A stretch of DNA of 61,358 bases, filler included, from Candidatus Omnitrophota bacterium (GCA_023140385.1; 4 parts of 4 records of this genome joined end to end with filler, not necessarily neighbours in it), one strand, 5' to 3'. Shown: positions 29,630 through 40,574, numbered from the whole stretch's first letter. Made by a program: numbers and translations. The notes: a model not told the origin generated them from the sequence alone.

Positions 29630-31714
29630 ATGTCAAAAAAAGAAAGCAGAATTACATTAATCTCTATATTAAAGGATTCGCAATATAATCTTTCTATATT
29701 TACACCTGAAGAAATAACAATTCTTGAAGAAAAAATTATCGATAAAAAAGGTAAACCTTATGTGGAGTGTATCGTTAGAGGAAAGGAAATTCAGCTTAAG
29801 CCCGAGGAGGTTGTTCGCCAGCTTTATACCGCAAAACTAATAAACCAATATGGTTACTCTAAAAAGAGAATTAGGTTTGAACATCCAGTTCAATTTGGTA
29901 GGCAGACAAAATCTTCCGATATTGTGCTTTTCGATAAAGAGCGTCCGACCGTAGAATATATAATAGTTGAAGTTAAGAAACCAAAACTAAAAGATGGCAA
30001 AGAACAACTTAAGAGCTACTGTAATGCTACCGGCGCGCCTATAGCTATATGGACAAATGGGGGGCAGATTTCCCATTACAATCGAAAGGACCCGAATTAT
30101 TTTGAAGATATAACCGATATCCCCAGTGCCAATCAAACGCTTGCCGATATCCTTAAAGAACGTTTTACGCTCAAAGACCTTATTATTAAAGATAAAATTC
30201 CTTCAGAAGGAAAATCCCTTAAGACAATTATCCAGGATATGGAAGATGAAGTCCTTGCTAATGCTGGCGTTGATGTGTTTGAAGAAGTTTTTAAGCTTAT
30301 ATTTACAAAATTGTACGATGAACATAAAAGTCAGCAAGATAGAGTGATCATCAATTATTTTCTAAAAGACAAAAATTATCCTATGATTGCTGAGCCCAAA
30401 GCTAAATATGGGAAGGTGAGAGAAAATTCGTTTGATGAGGTTAAGAAAGCGGTTCAAGGGGTAGATGATTCATCGTTTAGGGTGATGGAATTCAGGAACA
30501 CGGGACAGTCAGAAGGAGAATTGAAAAAGAAAATCCAAAAGCTATTTGATGAAGCAAAAAAGAAATGGACTGGTGTGTTTCTCGATGAGAGTAAAATTGA
30601 TCTTTCGCCATCCCATCTTTCTATATGTATATCAGGACTTCAGGATGTAAAACTTTTTAATTCTAATTTGCAAGTTATTGACGAAGCGTTTGAATACCTT
30701 GTTAGTAAGTCTTCAAAGGGAGAGAAGGGTCAATATTTTACGCCTCGGCATGTAATTGATATGTGCGTTAAAATGCTTAATCCACAAAAAGGCGAGTATA
30801 TGATTGATAGTGCCTCTGGTTCGTGCGGGTTTACTGTTCATACAATCTTTTACTTAACAGGGCATCTTTTTGAAAATAAGGAGATATCTGCTGAAGAAAA
30901 AGAAGATGTACTGAAAGTATTCGGAATTGACTTTGATGAAAAAGTTGTGCGTGTGGCAAGGACGCTTAACCTAATCGCGGGAGACGGTGAAACAAATGTG
31001 TTACATCTGAATACTCTTGATTATGACCGCTGGAACGAAACAGTAAAAAATCCAAATTGGATTGAAACTTATGGCAGGGGATATAAACGGTTAAACAAAT
31101 TAAAAAAGGATAAGGATGGCAATAAAGATTTTTTGTTTGACGTATTAATGGCTAATCCGCCTTTTGCTGGGGATATCAAAGAATCCCGTATAATTCATAA
31201 ATACGAGTTAGGTTATAACAACAAAAATAAACCAAAGTCAAAAGTTGGTAGAGATATTCTTTTTATTGAGCGCAATCTTGACTTTATCAAGCCTGGTGGG
31301 CGTATGGCGATTGTGTTGCCACAAGGTAGGTTTAATAACACTTCTGATAAAGATATTAGGGAATACATTGCCGATAAAGCAAGAATACTTGCAGTTGTGG
31401 GATTGCACGGCAACACTTTTAAACCGCATACGGGCACAAAAACAAGTGTTTTGTTTGTTCAAAAATGGGATGATAAATTATGCCCTAAAAAAGAAGATTA
31501 CCCAATATTTTTTGGAGTATCAGATAAGGCTGGTAAGGATAATTCTGGTGATTATATTTATGTTAAAAATGGTGATGGGAAGCCAAAGCTAGATAAATAT
31601 GGACATTTGGTTGTTGATCATGATTTGCATAATCATAATGGCGAACTTACTGGCGGTATTGCTGAGGCGTTTATTGACTGGGCGAAAAAAGAGAAATTAA
31701 ATTTTTGGAAATAA
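29630..31714 (+). CDS. fused restriction endonuclease (HsdR_N-like) + N6-adenine methyltransferase
   Basis: PEEVVRQ, DIV....IIVEVK nuclease; GQYFTPR, DSASGSCG, ANPPF. Confidence 0.88.
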   Translation: MSKKESRITLISILKDSQYNLSIFTPEEITILEEKIIDKKGKPYVECIVRGKEIQLKPEEVVRQLYTAKLINQYGYSKKRIRFEHPVQFGRQTKSSDIVLFDKERPTVEYIIVEVKKPKLKDGKEQLKSYCNATGAPIAIWTNGGQISHYNRKDPNYFEDITDIPSANQTLADILKERFTLKDLIIKDKIPSEGKSLKTIIQDMEDEVLANAGVDVFEEVFKLIFTKLYDEHKSQQDRVIINYFLKDKNYPMIAEPKAKYGKVRENSFDEVKKAVQGVDDSSFRVMEFRNTGQSEGELKKKIQKLFDEAKKKWTGVFLDESKIDLSPSHLSICISGLQDVKLFNSNLQVIDEAFEYLVSKSSKGEKGQYFTPRHVIDMCVKMLNPQKGEYMIDSASGSCGFTVHTIFYLTGHLFENKEISAEEKEDVLKVFGIDFDEKVVRVARTLNLIAGDGETNVLHLNTLDYDRWNETVKNPNWIETYGRGYKRLNKLKKDKDGNKDFLFDVLMANPPFAGDIKESRIIHKYELGYNNKNKPKSKVGRDILFIERNLDFIKPGGRMAIVLPQGRFNNTSDKDIREYIADKARILAVVGLHGNTFKPHTGTKTSVLFVQKWDDKLCPKKEDYPIFFGVSDKAGKDNSGDYIYVKNGDGKPKLDKYGHLVVDHDLHNHNGELTGGIAEAFIDWAKKEKLNFWK

Positions 31715-31717
31715 ATC

Positions 31718-33286
31718 ATGGAAAAGGAAAAATCCAATAAAATTTCGGTGTATCTCATAAAGACAGGATTCTTTCCTGCCGACGTCTTGAAAAAGGGTAA
31801 TTATAGCCAGTTGCCTTTAAGTAATGAGAGCATTTTTTATTTTGACAAGTCACATAGTTATAAACCATCTTGGATTAAAGGATTTTTTGGAAACAAGCTA
31901 GATGATATAGAACTATTTAACCAAAGCTCTAGGGGAGTTTGTTTTATAAAAGTAGTCATTGGATCAGAAGAAAGATTTTTTGCCATACCCTTTGGATATG
32001 GTCATTCAATGATTAAAAAATATTATTGCGTAGATGATTTTGGCCTAAAAACCGTTCTGAATCTTGTTGACAGAAATAGCATCCGAAAAATAGGAAAAAG
32101 GACTTTGTCCTCAGAGCCAAAAAATACGATTGAGCAACTCAGCAAAATTGGAAATATATCTGACTTCGGTATAGATATTGAACAAGATCTAATAGAGGAA
32201 ATAACCGGAAAGCCAAATGATCTTTATTTTGGAAATAATCTTGTTACAGGAAAAGTTGCTTTTACAGCATCAGTGAAAGCCAATATTTCTAATGCAGAAG
32301 AATTTTTAAAGAAGTGTTCTGAATATTACAAAAAAGAATACTACAAAAAAAACTTTGCTTTTATTGATCAAGTTAAAGCGATTAAAGATACAAAAGAATG
32401 GGATGAAAAATTAATTGAAAAGTTGAAAAACGATAAGGATGAAAATATAGATGTATGGATGGCTATACCGGAAATCATTGAATGGGAGGATGTTGCCGGT
32501 TTTTCATATTTAGGTAAGAAAGAAAATCTTGTTGACGATATAACCATTGAAGATTTTAAAAAATCATTATCAAAAAAACAAAGTGATAGTTTAGATCTTG
32601 ATTTTCTTAAAAAGAATAAAGTTTATTGTTTTAGAAGTTCTGCCGATGAAGAATACGACAGCTGGTCATATTTTAAATGTTTTTATTGTGAAATAACAAA
32701 GGATGATAGAAAAATAATACTGACAAACGGCAAGTGGTATGAAATTGCAAAAGATTTTGTTGAAGAAGTTGAAAATAATTACAAAAACACTCTCAAGCAT
32801 TCTTCCAAAATTGCACTTGTTGAATGTGAAGAAAAGCAACATGAAGACAAGTACAACGAAAATTTAGCAAAATCGGTAAAAGGTATTCTGATGGACAGAA
32901 AAAATATTACTTATGGTGGCGGTTCAAGTTCTGTGGAGTTCTGTGATGTGTACGATACTGAAAATAAGGCATTTATACACGTAAAAAATTATTATGGCTC
33001 AAGCGCTCTAAGTCATTTATTCGCACAAGGGCGAGTTTCTGGACAGTTGTTTCTTTCTGACCAAAAATTTAGGGAAAAGGTTAAAGAGAAAGAATCATCA
33101 TTACCATTTGACCCAGTAGTAGATCCAAGTCCTGGTGATTATAAAATAATATTCGGTATTATTAGTGAATCAGAAAATAATTTAAACCTTCCTTTTTTTA
33201 GCAAGGTGAATTTTAAAAATGAACGGAATTTATTAAACACTTTCGGTTTTAAAGACGTTTATTTGACTAAAATCAAACGGAAATAA
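31718..33286 (+). CDS. TIGR04141/DUF6119 family protein, putative nuclease
   Basis: FA..FGYG, DFGLK..LN, NGKWYEI, ED.YN, VEFCD....IHVK....SS.LSHLFAQG. Confidence 0.75.
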   Translation: MEKEKSNKISVYLIKTGFFPADVLKKGNYSQLPLSNESIFYFDKSHSYKPSWIKGFFGNKLDDIELFNQSSRGVCFIKVVIGSEERFFAIPFGYGHSMIKKYYCVDDFGLKTVLNLVDRNSIRKIGKRTLSSEPKNTIEQLSKIGNISDFGIDIEQDLIEEITGKPNDLYFGNNLVTGKVAFTASVKANISNAEEFLKKCSEYYKKEYYKKNFAFIDQVKAIKDTKEWDEKLIEKLKNDKDENIDVWMAIPEIIEWEDVAGFSYLGKKENLVDDITIEDFKKSLSKKQSDSLDLDFLKKNKVYCFRSSADEEYDSWSYFKCFYCEITKDDRKIILTNGKWYEIAKDFVEEVENNYKNTLKHSSKIALVECEEKQHEDKYNENLAKSVKGILMDRKNITYGGGSSSVEFCDVYDTENKAFIHVKNYYGSSALSHLFAQGRVSGQLFLSDQKFREKVKEKESSLPFDPVVDPSPGDYKIIFGIISESENNLNLPFFSKVNFKNERNLLNTFGFKDVYLTKIKRK

Positions 33287-33288
33287 CT

Positions 33289-34695
33289 ATGCACTATTCA
33301 GTTGTAAATTATAAGAAATTAAATGACCATGATGATTGGCGATGGGATGGCGAATTTTTATGTTTTGAGCCTCGACATAATAAGAGCTATGTATATAAAA
33401 TAATAGGCGATATTTTGAAATTCTCTCAATACGGCATTTCGATTGATATGAATGAAGAAGGAAATGGAAATAGGATTTATAGAATGAATGAAATATCGAA
33501 TATGTTCTGTGATAGATTAGTCAATAAATATGCGGACATCTCAAAGGAACAAGCGAAAAAGTTTAAGCTGACAGATAAGGATGTTTTGTTCAATAGGACT
33601 AATTCGCAGGTATTTGTTGGAAGAACAGGGATATTTAAAAAATTTTCTGACGATGAAATAGTGTTTGCGTCTTATTTGATTAGGGTTAGGCCGAATGAAG
33701 ATGAAATTCTCCCCGAATATTTAACAGCATTTTTGAATACTAAATATGGCGTTCAAGACGCAAAAAGACGAGCCAGAATTTCAATAAATCAGTCTAATAT
33801 AAATGCCGAAGAACTAAAGCGAGTAAAAATTCCTATTCTTCCTATGATTTTGCAAAAGAAAGTACGAGATATATTTAATCATTCGTTTAGCCTTGTTAAT
33901 AAATCAGAGTCGCTTTACTCCCAAGCCGAACAGCTTCTTTCATCCGAGCTTAATCTTTTAAACTGGAAGCCCAAACACAGACCCTCGTTTGTGAAAAATT
34001 ACTCTGACACCGAATCAGCTGGCCGTTACGACGCTGAATACTTCCAGCCGATGTATGAGGAAATAGAATCAGCAATAAAGGGCTATTGTGGTGGATATTC
34101 ATTAATTAAAGATGAGTTTAAGCAAAATAAAAGCACATTCAAAATATACGGTCAAAAGGAATATAAGTATGTTGAGATTGGCAGTGTTAATGTTTCTAAT
34201 GGTGAAATAATTCCGAATAAGGTAAGGGGGTTAGAATTACCGGCAAATGCGAAAAGGGTGTTTAAAAAAGGCGATGTGATTATCTCAAAAGTGCGAACGT
34301 ATCGAGGGGCTATCACAATAGTTGAAAAAGATGGTTATGTCGGAAGTGGAGCATTTACAGTTTTAAGAGAAAATGGACAAATAAACAAAGAAACACTTTT
34401 TGCGTTTCTTCATTCAAAACCGCTTTTAGTATGGTCGTTGAAACCTAATACAGGCACTTCATACCCTGTAATTATAGACGAAGATATTTTAAATATGCCA
34501 ATTCCTATTTTGCCAGTTGCAAAACAAAAGAAAATAGCCGAAACAGTTAACGAGTCATTTTGCAATCGTGAGTTTTCTAAGAGGTTGCTTGACATTGCCA
34601 AGCGTGGCGTTGAAATGGCGATTGAGAAAGACGAAAAGACCGCTGAAAAATGGATTGATGAGGAAGTAAAGAAAACGGGTGTAAAACTGGATTAA
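33289..34695 (+). CDS. RM specificity subunit (HsdS-like, two TRDs)
   Basis: Two TRDs (GD.LF.RTN..FASYL..QSNIN; GDVIISKVR..GTSYP) with R.DAEY repeats. Confidence 0.85.
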   Translation: MHYSVVNYKKLNDHDDWRWDGEFLCFEPRHNKSYVYKIIGDILKFSQYGISIDMNEEGNGNRIYRMNEISNMFCDRLVNKYADISKEQAKKFKLTDKDVLFNRTNSQVFVGRTGIFKKFSDDEIVFASYLIRVRPNEDEILPEYLTAFLNTKYGVQDAKRRARISINQSNINAEELKRVKIPILPMILQKKVRDIFNHSFSLVNKSESLYSQAEQLLSSELNLLNWKPKHRPSFVKNYSDTESAGRYDAEYFQPMYEEIESAIKGYCGGYSLIKDEFKQNKSTFKIYGQKEYKYVEIGSVNVSNGEIIPNKVRGLELPANAKRVFKKGDVIISKVRTYRGAITIVEKDGYVGSGAFTVLRENGQINKETLFAFLHSKPLLVWSLKPNTGTSYPVIIDEDILNMPIPILPVAKQKKIAETVNESFCNREFSKRLLDIAKRGVEMAIEKDEKTAEKWIDEEVKKTGVKLD

Positions 34696-34701
34696 TACGA
34701 T

Positions 34702-34893
34702 ATGACTGATTTTAAGAAAGAATGGATTGAAAAGGCAAATATAGATTATTTCTCAGAGTTTATGACTTTGTGGTTGGGTTTTAATTCTTAGTATTGGTCG
34801 CATTATTCAGAATTAAGAAAAAGAGATAGAGTTTTTATTGATAAATTGAAAACAGACTTTACAGGTAGGAATCAAATTTATGTTTTAGAGTAA
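34702..34893 (+). pseudogene. remnant of a probable HEPN-type gene
   Basis: MTDFKKEWIEKANIDYFSEFMTLWLGFNS*Y...; in-frame TAG at 34789; breaks off at TAGGGGAC. Confidence 0.55.
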
Positions 34894-35109
34894 TAGGGGA
34901 CGTTGATGCAATCATGCATTTTTCTTCTTTCAGCCTTTTTTAAAAAAATCGGCAGAAAAGGCGAAATCTAATGAACATAAAATCCGGGGATATATTATTG
35001 TTTAAGGGTGAGAGGTTTATTAAGAAGATTTAAGGAATTACCGGAAAGATAGTTAAGTGTTCTGTTCCTGTGATTTACACCCGTCAACTGGATAGAGGGG
35101 AAAATATTT

Positions 35110-36162
35110 ATGAGTAAAAAAGAACAAAATAGTTCACAACTTATTATTTATCGGACTGAAACCGGTGAAACAAAGATTGATGTCTGTTTTCAGGATGAAA
35201 CTGTTTGGCTGTCTCAGCAATTGATGGCTCAATTGTTCCAAACATCAGTCTCGAACATAAATATACACATTAGAAACATTTATGAAGAGGGTGAGATTGA
35301 TAAAAAAGGAACTATTAAGGATTTCTTAATAGTTCGAAAAGAAGGTTCCCGAGAAGTTCAGCGAAAGGTCGAATATTACAATCTCGATATGATTATATCT
35401 GTTGGATATCGCGTCAAATCCAAAATTGCGACTCATTTTAGGCAGTGGGCAACCCGTCATTTAAGGGAGTTTATTGTTAAGGGTTTTATTTTGGATGATG
35501 AACGCCTTAAAAATCCAGATTTGCCGTTTGACTATTTTGATGAGTTGATGCTTCGCATTCAGGATATTCGCACCTCTGAGCGGCGATTTTATCAGAAAAT
35601 TACAGATATTTATACAACAAGCGTTGACTATGAGCCTACAGATGAAGTTAGTATTGAGTTTTTTAAAACAGTTCAGAATAAAATGCACTGGGCTATTACC
35701 GGACAAACAGCCGCGGAGATTATTCATTCGCGGGCTGATAGCAGAAAGAAAAATATGGGGCTAACGAATTGGCGAGGCGCCAAGATTCGTAAAAACGATA
35801 TAGAGATCGCGAAGAATTATCTAAAAGAAGATGAGCTTGCGGCTTTAAATAATTTAGTTGAGCAGTATTTGATATTTGCTCAAGGACAGGCTATGAGGCG
35901 TATTCCGATGTACATGAAAGACTGGATTAGAAAATTGGATAGTTTTATGCATGTTAACGAAAGAGAGATTTTAGTTCATGCTGGAAAAATATCGCATGAG
36001 CTTGCGTTGAATAAGGTAGGCAAAGAGTATAAAAAACATTCTCAAAAAAGACAGCTTGCCTATAATAAAAAAGGAAATGATTTTGATGTTTTGATTGATG
36101 AGACGAAAAAGCTGACATATAAAGAAATTAGAAAGAAAAAGCGTAGAGGAAAAATGGAATAA
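35110..36162 (+). CDS. RhuM family protein
   Basis: ETVWLSQ..MA.LF, YNLDMIISVGYRVKS..AT.FRQWAT, IRTSERRFY.KITD. Confidence 0.9.
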   Translation: MSKKEQNSSQLIIYRTETGETKIDVCFQDETVWLSQQLMAQLFQTSVSNINIHIRNIYEEGEIDKKGTIKDFLIVRKEGSREVQRKVEYYNLDMIISVGYRVKSKIATHFRQWATRHLREFIVKGFILDDERLKNPDLPFDYFDELMLRIQDIRTSERRFYQKITDIYTTSVDYEPTDEVSIEFFKTVQNKMHWAITGQTAAEIIHSRADSRKKNMGLTNWRGAKIRKNDIEIAKNYLKEDELAALNNLVEQYLIFAQGQAMRRIPMYMKDWIRKLDSFMHVNEREILVHAGKISHELALNKVGKEYKKHSQKRQLAYNKKGNDFDVLIDETKKLTYKEIRKKKRRGKME

Positions 36163-36182
36163 TTACTAATGTAGCTTCGGCA

Positions 36183-36343
36183 GGCTTATCATTTGCACCA
36201 ACTTCGTCGTTGTAAAAGATGTAGTTAATAGAAGGTTCCGTCTCGAAAGATGTCACAAAATTCTCTTTGACAATTTTGCGACTCTCGGCGGAATTAATTC
36301 GGGCTTATCATTTACACCAACTTCGTTGTTGTAAATGATGCCC
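36183..36343. repeat. two REP-like palindromic copies flanking a third hairpin (BIME-like)
   Basis: GGCTTATCATTT.CACCAACTTCGT.GTTGTAAA.GATG at 36183 and 36302; hairpin at 36252-36282. Confidence 0.75.
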
Positions 36344-36362
36344 TCATTAAGGAGATTATAGA

Positions 36363-37496
36363 TTGAAATTTAGAATTGCGATAGTTGTTTTTATGTTGAC
36401 CCTTGCTGTAATTGGTGGGGGTTTTTGTTTTGCCGGGGAATTTTATTCGGCAGAGGTGCGCGATATATCCGATCGGGAATATGAAGAGGTAGTTATTGAG
36501 TTGATTGATAACGCCGAGGAGTCGGTGGTTGTTGGGATGTATTATGTTAGTACGCGGTTAGAGACGAATAATCCGGTTAAACTACTATTAAATGATTTGA
36601 TTGAGGCCGAAGAGAGGGGTGTAGAGGTACGGATTTATTTAAATACAAAGTTTCCTGATGTGAGTTATGAAAAGTTTGTAGGTGAAGATGAATTTAAGCG
36701 GCTGGAGGATGCGGGGTGTGAGCTGTATTTTATGCCGCCCGGACGTAAACTGCACGATAAGGTTGTTGTTGTGGATAGGCGTTATGTGGTTGAGGGGAGT
36801 ATGAATTGGAGTATTGTTGCTCTGAGGAATAATTTTGAGTCGGTGACGCTGATTGATTCACACGAGCTCGCCAAGGAGAAAATAGCAAGGCTGGAGAAGA
36901 TTTACGAGATACAGAAGAAGAAAGAGGAGGACAAAGAAAGGGAAAGAGAGCCTCTTTATGTTGGTAGTATTATTGAAAGGGTAGAGATGAAAAAGGCTTT
37001 ATTGGAGGATGAAAAGTATTTTCCGAGGATGCTTAAAAAGAGTGACCGCAGGGCAATGGACCTTTATCTGATACTGCTTGCGTATAGTCAGAAGTTAGAT
37101 AAGATTGAGTTTTTCCTGAGATTAGAGGATGTTGGATTGGGACTGGGGCTGCCGGCGTCATGGGATGACGAAGCATTGAGGCGTCAGGTAATAAGGGCAT
37201 TACGGACGCTGGAGGAAAGGTATAATCTTATAGAAGTAGAGTTTAATTACGCAAGTGACGCGTATATAACCATCTTACCTGTGTCAGGAGAAAGTTTTAC
37301 GATAGAGACACGCACTATTGATTCGTATAATAAAGAAATCCTCCAGCGAGTTAAATTTTTACTTCTGATAAAGGCGCTTTTAGAGAAAGAGGGGAAGGAT
37401 TTGGATTTGGTGCCGCAGAAAGAGATTATGCGGCGTTTTCATATTACAGACCGGACGCTGGATAAAGCGATGAATTCACCAGAGGTGAATGGCTGA
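36363..37496 (+). CDS. phospholipase D-family (single HKD) protein with signal-peptide-like N-terminus and helical/HTH-like C-terminus
   Basis: LHDKVVVVD....GSMNWS...NNFE; hydrophobic N-terminus; AAGGAG RBS before TTG. Confidence 0.75.
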   Translation: MKFRIAIVVFMLTLAVIGGGFCFAGEFYSAEVRDISDREYEEVVIELIDNAEESVVVGMYYVSTRLETNNPVKLLLNDLIEAEERGVEVRIYLNTKFPDVSYEKFVGEDEFKRLEDAGCELYFMPPGRKLHDKVVVVDRRYVVEGSMNWSIVALRNNFESVTLIDSHELAKEKIARLEKIYEIQKKKEEDKEREREPLYVGSIIERVEMKKALLEDEKYFPRMLKKSDRRAMDLYLILLAYSQKLDKIEFFLRLEDVGLGLGLPASWDDEALRRQVIRALRTLEERYNLIEVEFNYASDAYITILPVSGESFTIETRTIDSYNKEILQRVKFLLLIKALLEKEGKDLDLVPQKEIMRRFHITDRTLDKAMNSPEVNG

Positions 37497-37528
37497 TAGC
37501 TGATGGCTGATGGCTGATAGCTAATGGC
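37491..37528 (+). repeat. heptamer tandem repeat (G/A)GCTGAT
   Basis: ggctgat agctgat ggctgat ggctgat agctaat ggc. Confidence 0.8.
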
Positions 37529-37548
37529 ATGGGGTTTGGGGCGGAAAT

Positions 37549-38543
37549 ATGGATAGGAACGAATTTATAATTACGAATATTGTTAAGGATCTTCGCTTGA
37601 AAGATTCCGGGGTTAGTAGTGTTGTGGAATTAATCGGGGAGGGGGCAACGATACCTTTTATCTCCCGGTACCGTAAAGAAAAGACCGGCGGGCTGGATGA
37701 GGTGGCGATTAGGAATATCTCGGAAAAGTTGGAGTATTTTAGCGAACTTGAAAAAAGAAAAGGGACAATTCTTAAAACCATCGAATCGTTGGGAAAATTA
37801 ACCGCGGAGCTTAAAGATGCAATTCTTGGATGTGTGGAAAAAAACAGGCTGGAGGACTTTTATCTTCCGTATAAACCGAAAAGAACAACCAGAGCGACGG
37901 TTGCCAGAGAAAAAGGGCTTGAGCCTTTAGCGGATATTATATTTGCCCAGAAAGATATAGCCGGCTCAAAAGAAGATCTCGTCTTGAAATATGTTAATCC
38001 TGAAAAAGGGGTGAACAGTTATGAAGAGGTTTTGCGGGGAGCTTTGGACATAATCGCGGAACGCATCGCTGACACTGAAAATATCAGGGGTTGGATAAGA
38101 AAGTTTTTCCTGGAAAAAGGCGAAATAATTGTAAAGCCGAGGAAAGAATGGAAGGATAAGAAATCCAAGTTTGAGAATTATTACGCGTTTGCCCAGAATT
38201 TGATGAAGACGCCGCCGCATAGGATGCTGGCGATTAGAAGAGGGGCGAATGAAGAAGTGTTAAGCTGGCGTATCGCGGTTGACGAAGAACAAATTCTGGA
38301 TTTTATGAATTCCGCGGTTATTAAGAATGATTCTTTTTTATTTAAAGAGGAATTGGAAAAAACTCTTAAAGACAGTTATAAAAGGTTATTGGCGGTTTCA
38401 ATAGAAGCAGAGGTTTTTGTGCTTAAGATGGTGGACGCCGATCAGGAGGCTATAAAGGTATTTGAAACGAACCTAAAGAATCTTTTGCTTTCACCGCCGG
38501 CCGGAGGCAGGCCGATAATCGGAATTGACCCGGGATTTAGGAC
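37549..38543 (+). CDS. tex: Tex transcription accessory protein (truncated by contig end)
   Basis: GATIPFISRYRKEKTGGLDEV, LEDFYLPYKPKR.TRA, GIDPGFRT. Confidence 0.95.
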
Positions 38544-38643
38544 NNNNNNNNNNNNNNNNNNNNNNNNNNNNNNNNNNNNNNNNNNNNTTAATTAATTAAN
38601 NNNNNNNNNNNNNNNNNNNNNNNNNNNNNNNNNNNNNNNNNNN
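38544..38643. other. artificial contig spacer
   Basis: N-run with TTAATTAATTAA. Confidence 0.98.
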
Positions 38644-39830
38644 ATTATGACTCTTATGTTGGGCGAATTGCTATAGGGCGGGTTTTTCATGGATCTATCC
38701 GTGTCGGGGATCCCGTGGCGCTTGTGAAACGTGACGGAACTATTGCCAGAGGCAAGGCAACTAAGATTATGAAGTATCGCGGATTAAGCCGCGTTGAGGC
38801 TAACGAAGCTATAGCTGGAGATATTATATCGATCTCCGGCATAGAGGATGTAGAAGTTGGAGAGACGCTTGCGTGTGTCGATGAGCCCAAAGGACTACCT
38901 GCTATTAAGATAGATGAGCCCACCATCTCTATGAACTTTTCTCATAATACAAGTCCTCTCGCGGGTAAGGATGGAGGCAGATTTTTAACATCACGTCATA
39001 TTCGGGAGCGCCTTGAGCATGAGGCCATGATCAATGTTGGCATTAAGGTTGAGGAAGTCGCGGGAACTGAGCGGTTAAAGGTTTCCGGCCGCGGTGAACT
39101 GCATCTTGATATTCTTATTGAAACAATGCGCCGTGAAGGATATGAAATGGAGGTCTCCAGGCCGCGGGTTATTTTGAAGAAAATGGGTGGTCAAACGCTT
39201 GAACCTGTTGAAGAGGTGGTAATCGAGGTGGAAGACGCGTATCAGGGTGCTGTTATGCAGGCGCTTGGAGCCCGCAAAGCTCAAATGCGCGACCTGAAGA
39301 CAACATCTTCCGGCGCTATTCGCATGGAATTTATTATTGCCTCAAGGGCATTAATTGGGTTTAGAAGCGATTTTCTTATGATGACCAGAGGTACCGGCAT
39401 CATGTATCAAAATTTTCTTGAATATCAGACCTTTAAAGGAGCTCTGCCCGCCCGTAAAACCGGTGTTCTTATTTCTCATGGATCCGGCGACGCGGTGGCG
39501 TACGCGCTTTATAATTTACAGGCGCGTGGTGAGATTTTTATTAAACCGGGAGAAAAGCTATATGAGGGGATGATCATTGGTGTAAACAACAAAGGAGTCG
39601 ATATTGTTGTAAATGCCTTACGTGGAAAGAAATTAACTAATATGCGCGCTTCAGGAAGCGATGACGCCATCGCGCTCATACCTCCGCGGCAAATGACCAT
39701 TGAGTTCGCTCTTGAATTTATTGAAGATGATGAATTGGTTGAGATAACTTCCAAGCATGTAAGGCTCAGGAAGGCGCATTTAACAGAAGTAGACCGCAAG
39801 CGGGTGAGCCGAAGAGCAAAATCAAAATGA
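38644..39830 (+). CDS. typA: translational GTPase TypA/BipA (5' part missing)
   Basis: YDSYVGRIAIGR, GRGELHL.ILIETMRREGYE, KKLTNMRASGSD, EFIEDDELVE. Confidence 0.96.
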
Positions 39831-39869
39831 TAAATCAGGAGCCACAATGCTGATTATCAAGGAGATAAT

Positions 39870-40574
39870 ATGAGCTTAATAGTAGCGGAAAATTTATCAA
39901 AACAATACATAAGCGGCGAAATAACGATTGACGCGCTCAAAGGTTTAAGTTTCGCGATAGACACGGCATCTTTTATATCTTTTGTAGGCCCTTCAGGAAG
40001 TGGAAAAACGACACTGCTGAATCTTATCGGATGCCTTGACACACCTACATCAGGAGTATTGAAAGTCTCAGGAACGGATGTTTCTCAGCTTAGGGGAAAG
40101 TCCGCTGCTGATTTTAGAGGTAAAAACATTGGGTTTATATTTCAGGATTTTAATCTTATTCCCGTACTTACTGTATATGAGAATGTAGAGTATCCGCTTC
40201 TCATGGTTCAAAATACGCCTCAAAGTGAAAGGCGGAGCCGGGTTTTGTCACTACTTGATTCTGTTGGAATGATCGAGCAGAAAAATAAATTTCCGGACCA
40301 GATTTCAGGTGGACAGAAGCAGAGGGTGGCTGTAGCAAGAGCGCTGGTTACGAATCCGAAAATTGTGTTAGCGGATGAACCAACGGCGAACCTTGATCAC
40401 AAGACCGCCTATATGGTGATTGATATCATGAAGAAAATGAAGGATGAATCAGGGACAAGTTTTATTTTTTCAACTCATGATCAAAAGGTTGTTGGGGAGG
40501 CCGAAATCATCTATACACTGGAAGACGGCGAACTTGCCGGAAAAAGAGGTAAAGGAGGCGGCCGTCATGTTTAG
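39870..40574 (+). CDS. ABC transporter ATPase (LolD/MacB-like)
   Basis: GPSGSGKTT, SGGQKQRVAVAR, LADEPT.NLD. Confidence 0.93.
   Translation: MSLIVAENLSKQYISGEITIDALKGLSFAIDTASFISFVGPSGSGKTTLLNLIGCLDTPTSGVLKVSGTDVSQLRGKSAADFRGKNIGFIFQDFNLIPVLTVYENVEYPLLMVQNTPQSERRSRVLSLLDSVGMIEQKNKFPDQISGGQKQRVAVARALVTNPKIVLADEPTANLDHKTAYMVIDIMKKMKDESGTSFIFSTHDQKVVGEAEIIYTLEDGELAGKRGKGGGRHV

Noticed and set aside
36183..36343. Possible CRISPR array
   Set aside because: Only two imperfect copies, an ~80-nt structured spacer and no cas genes in the window
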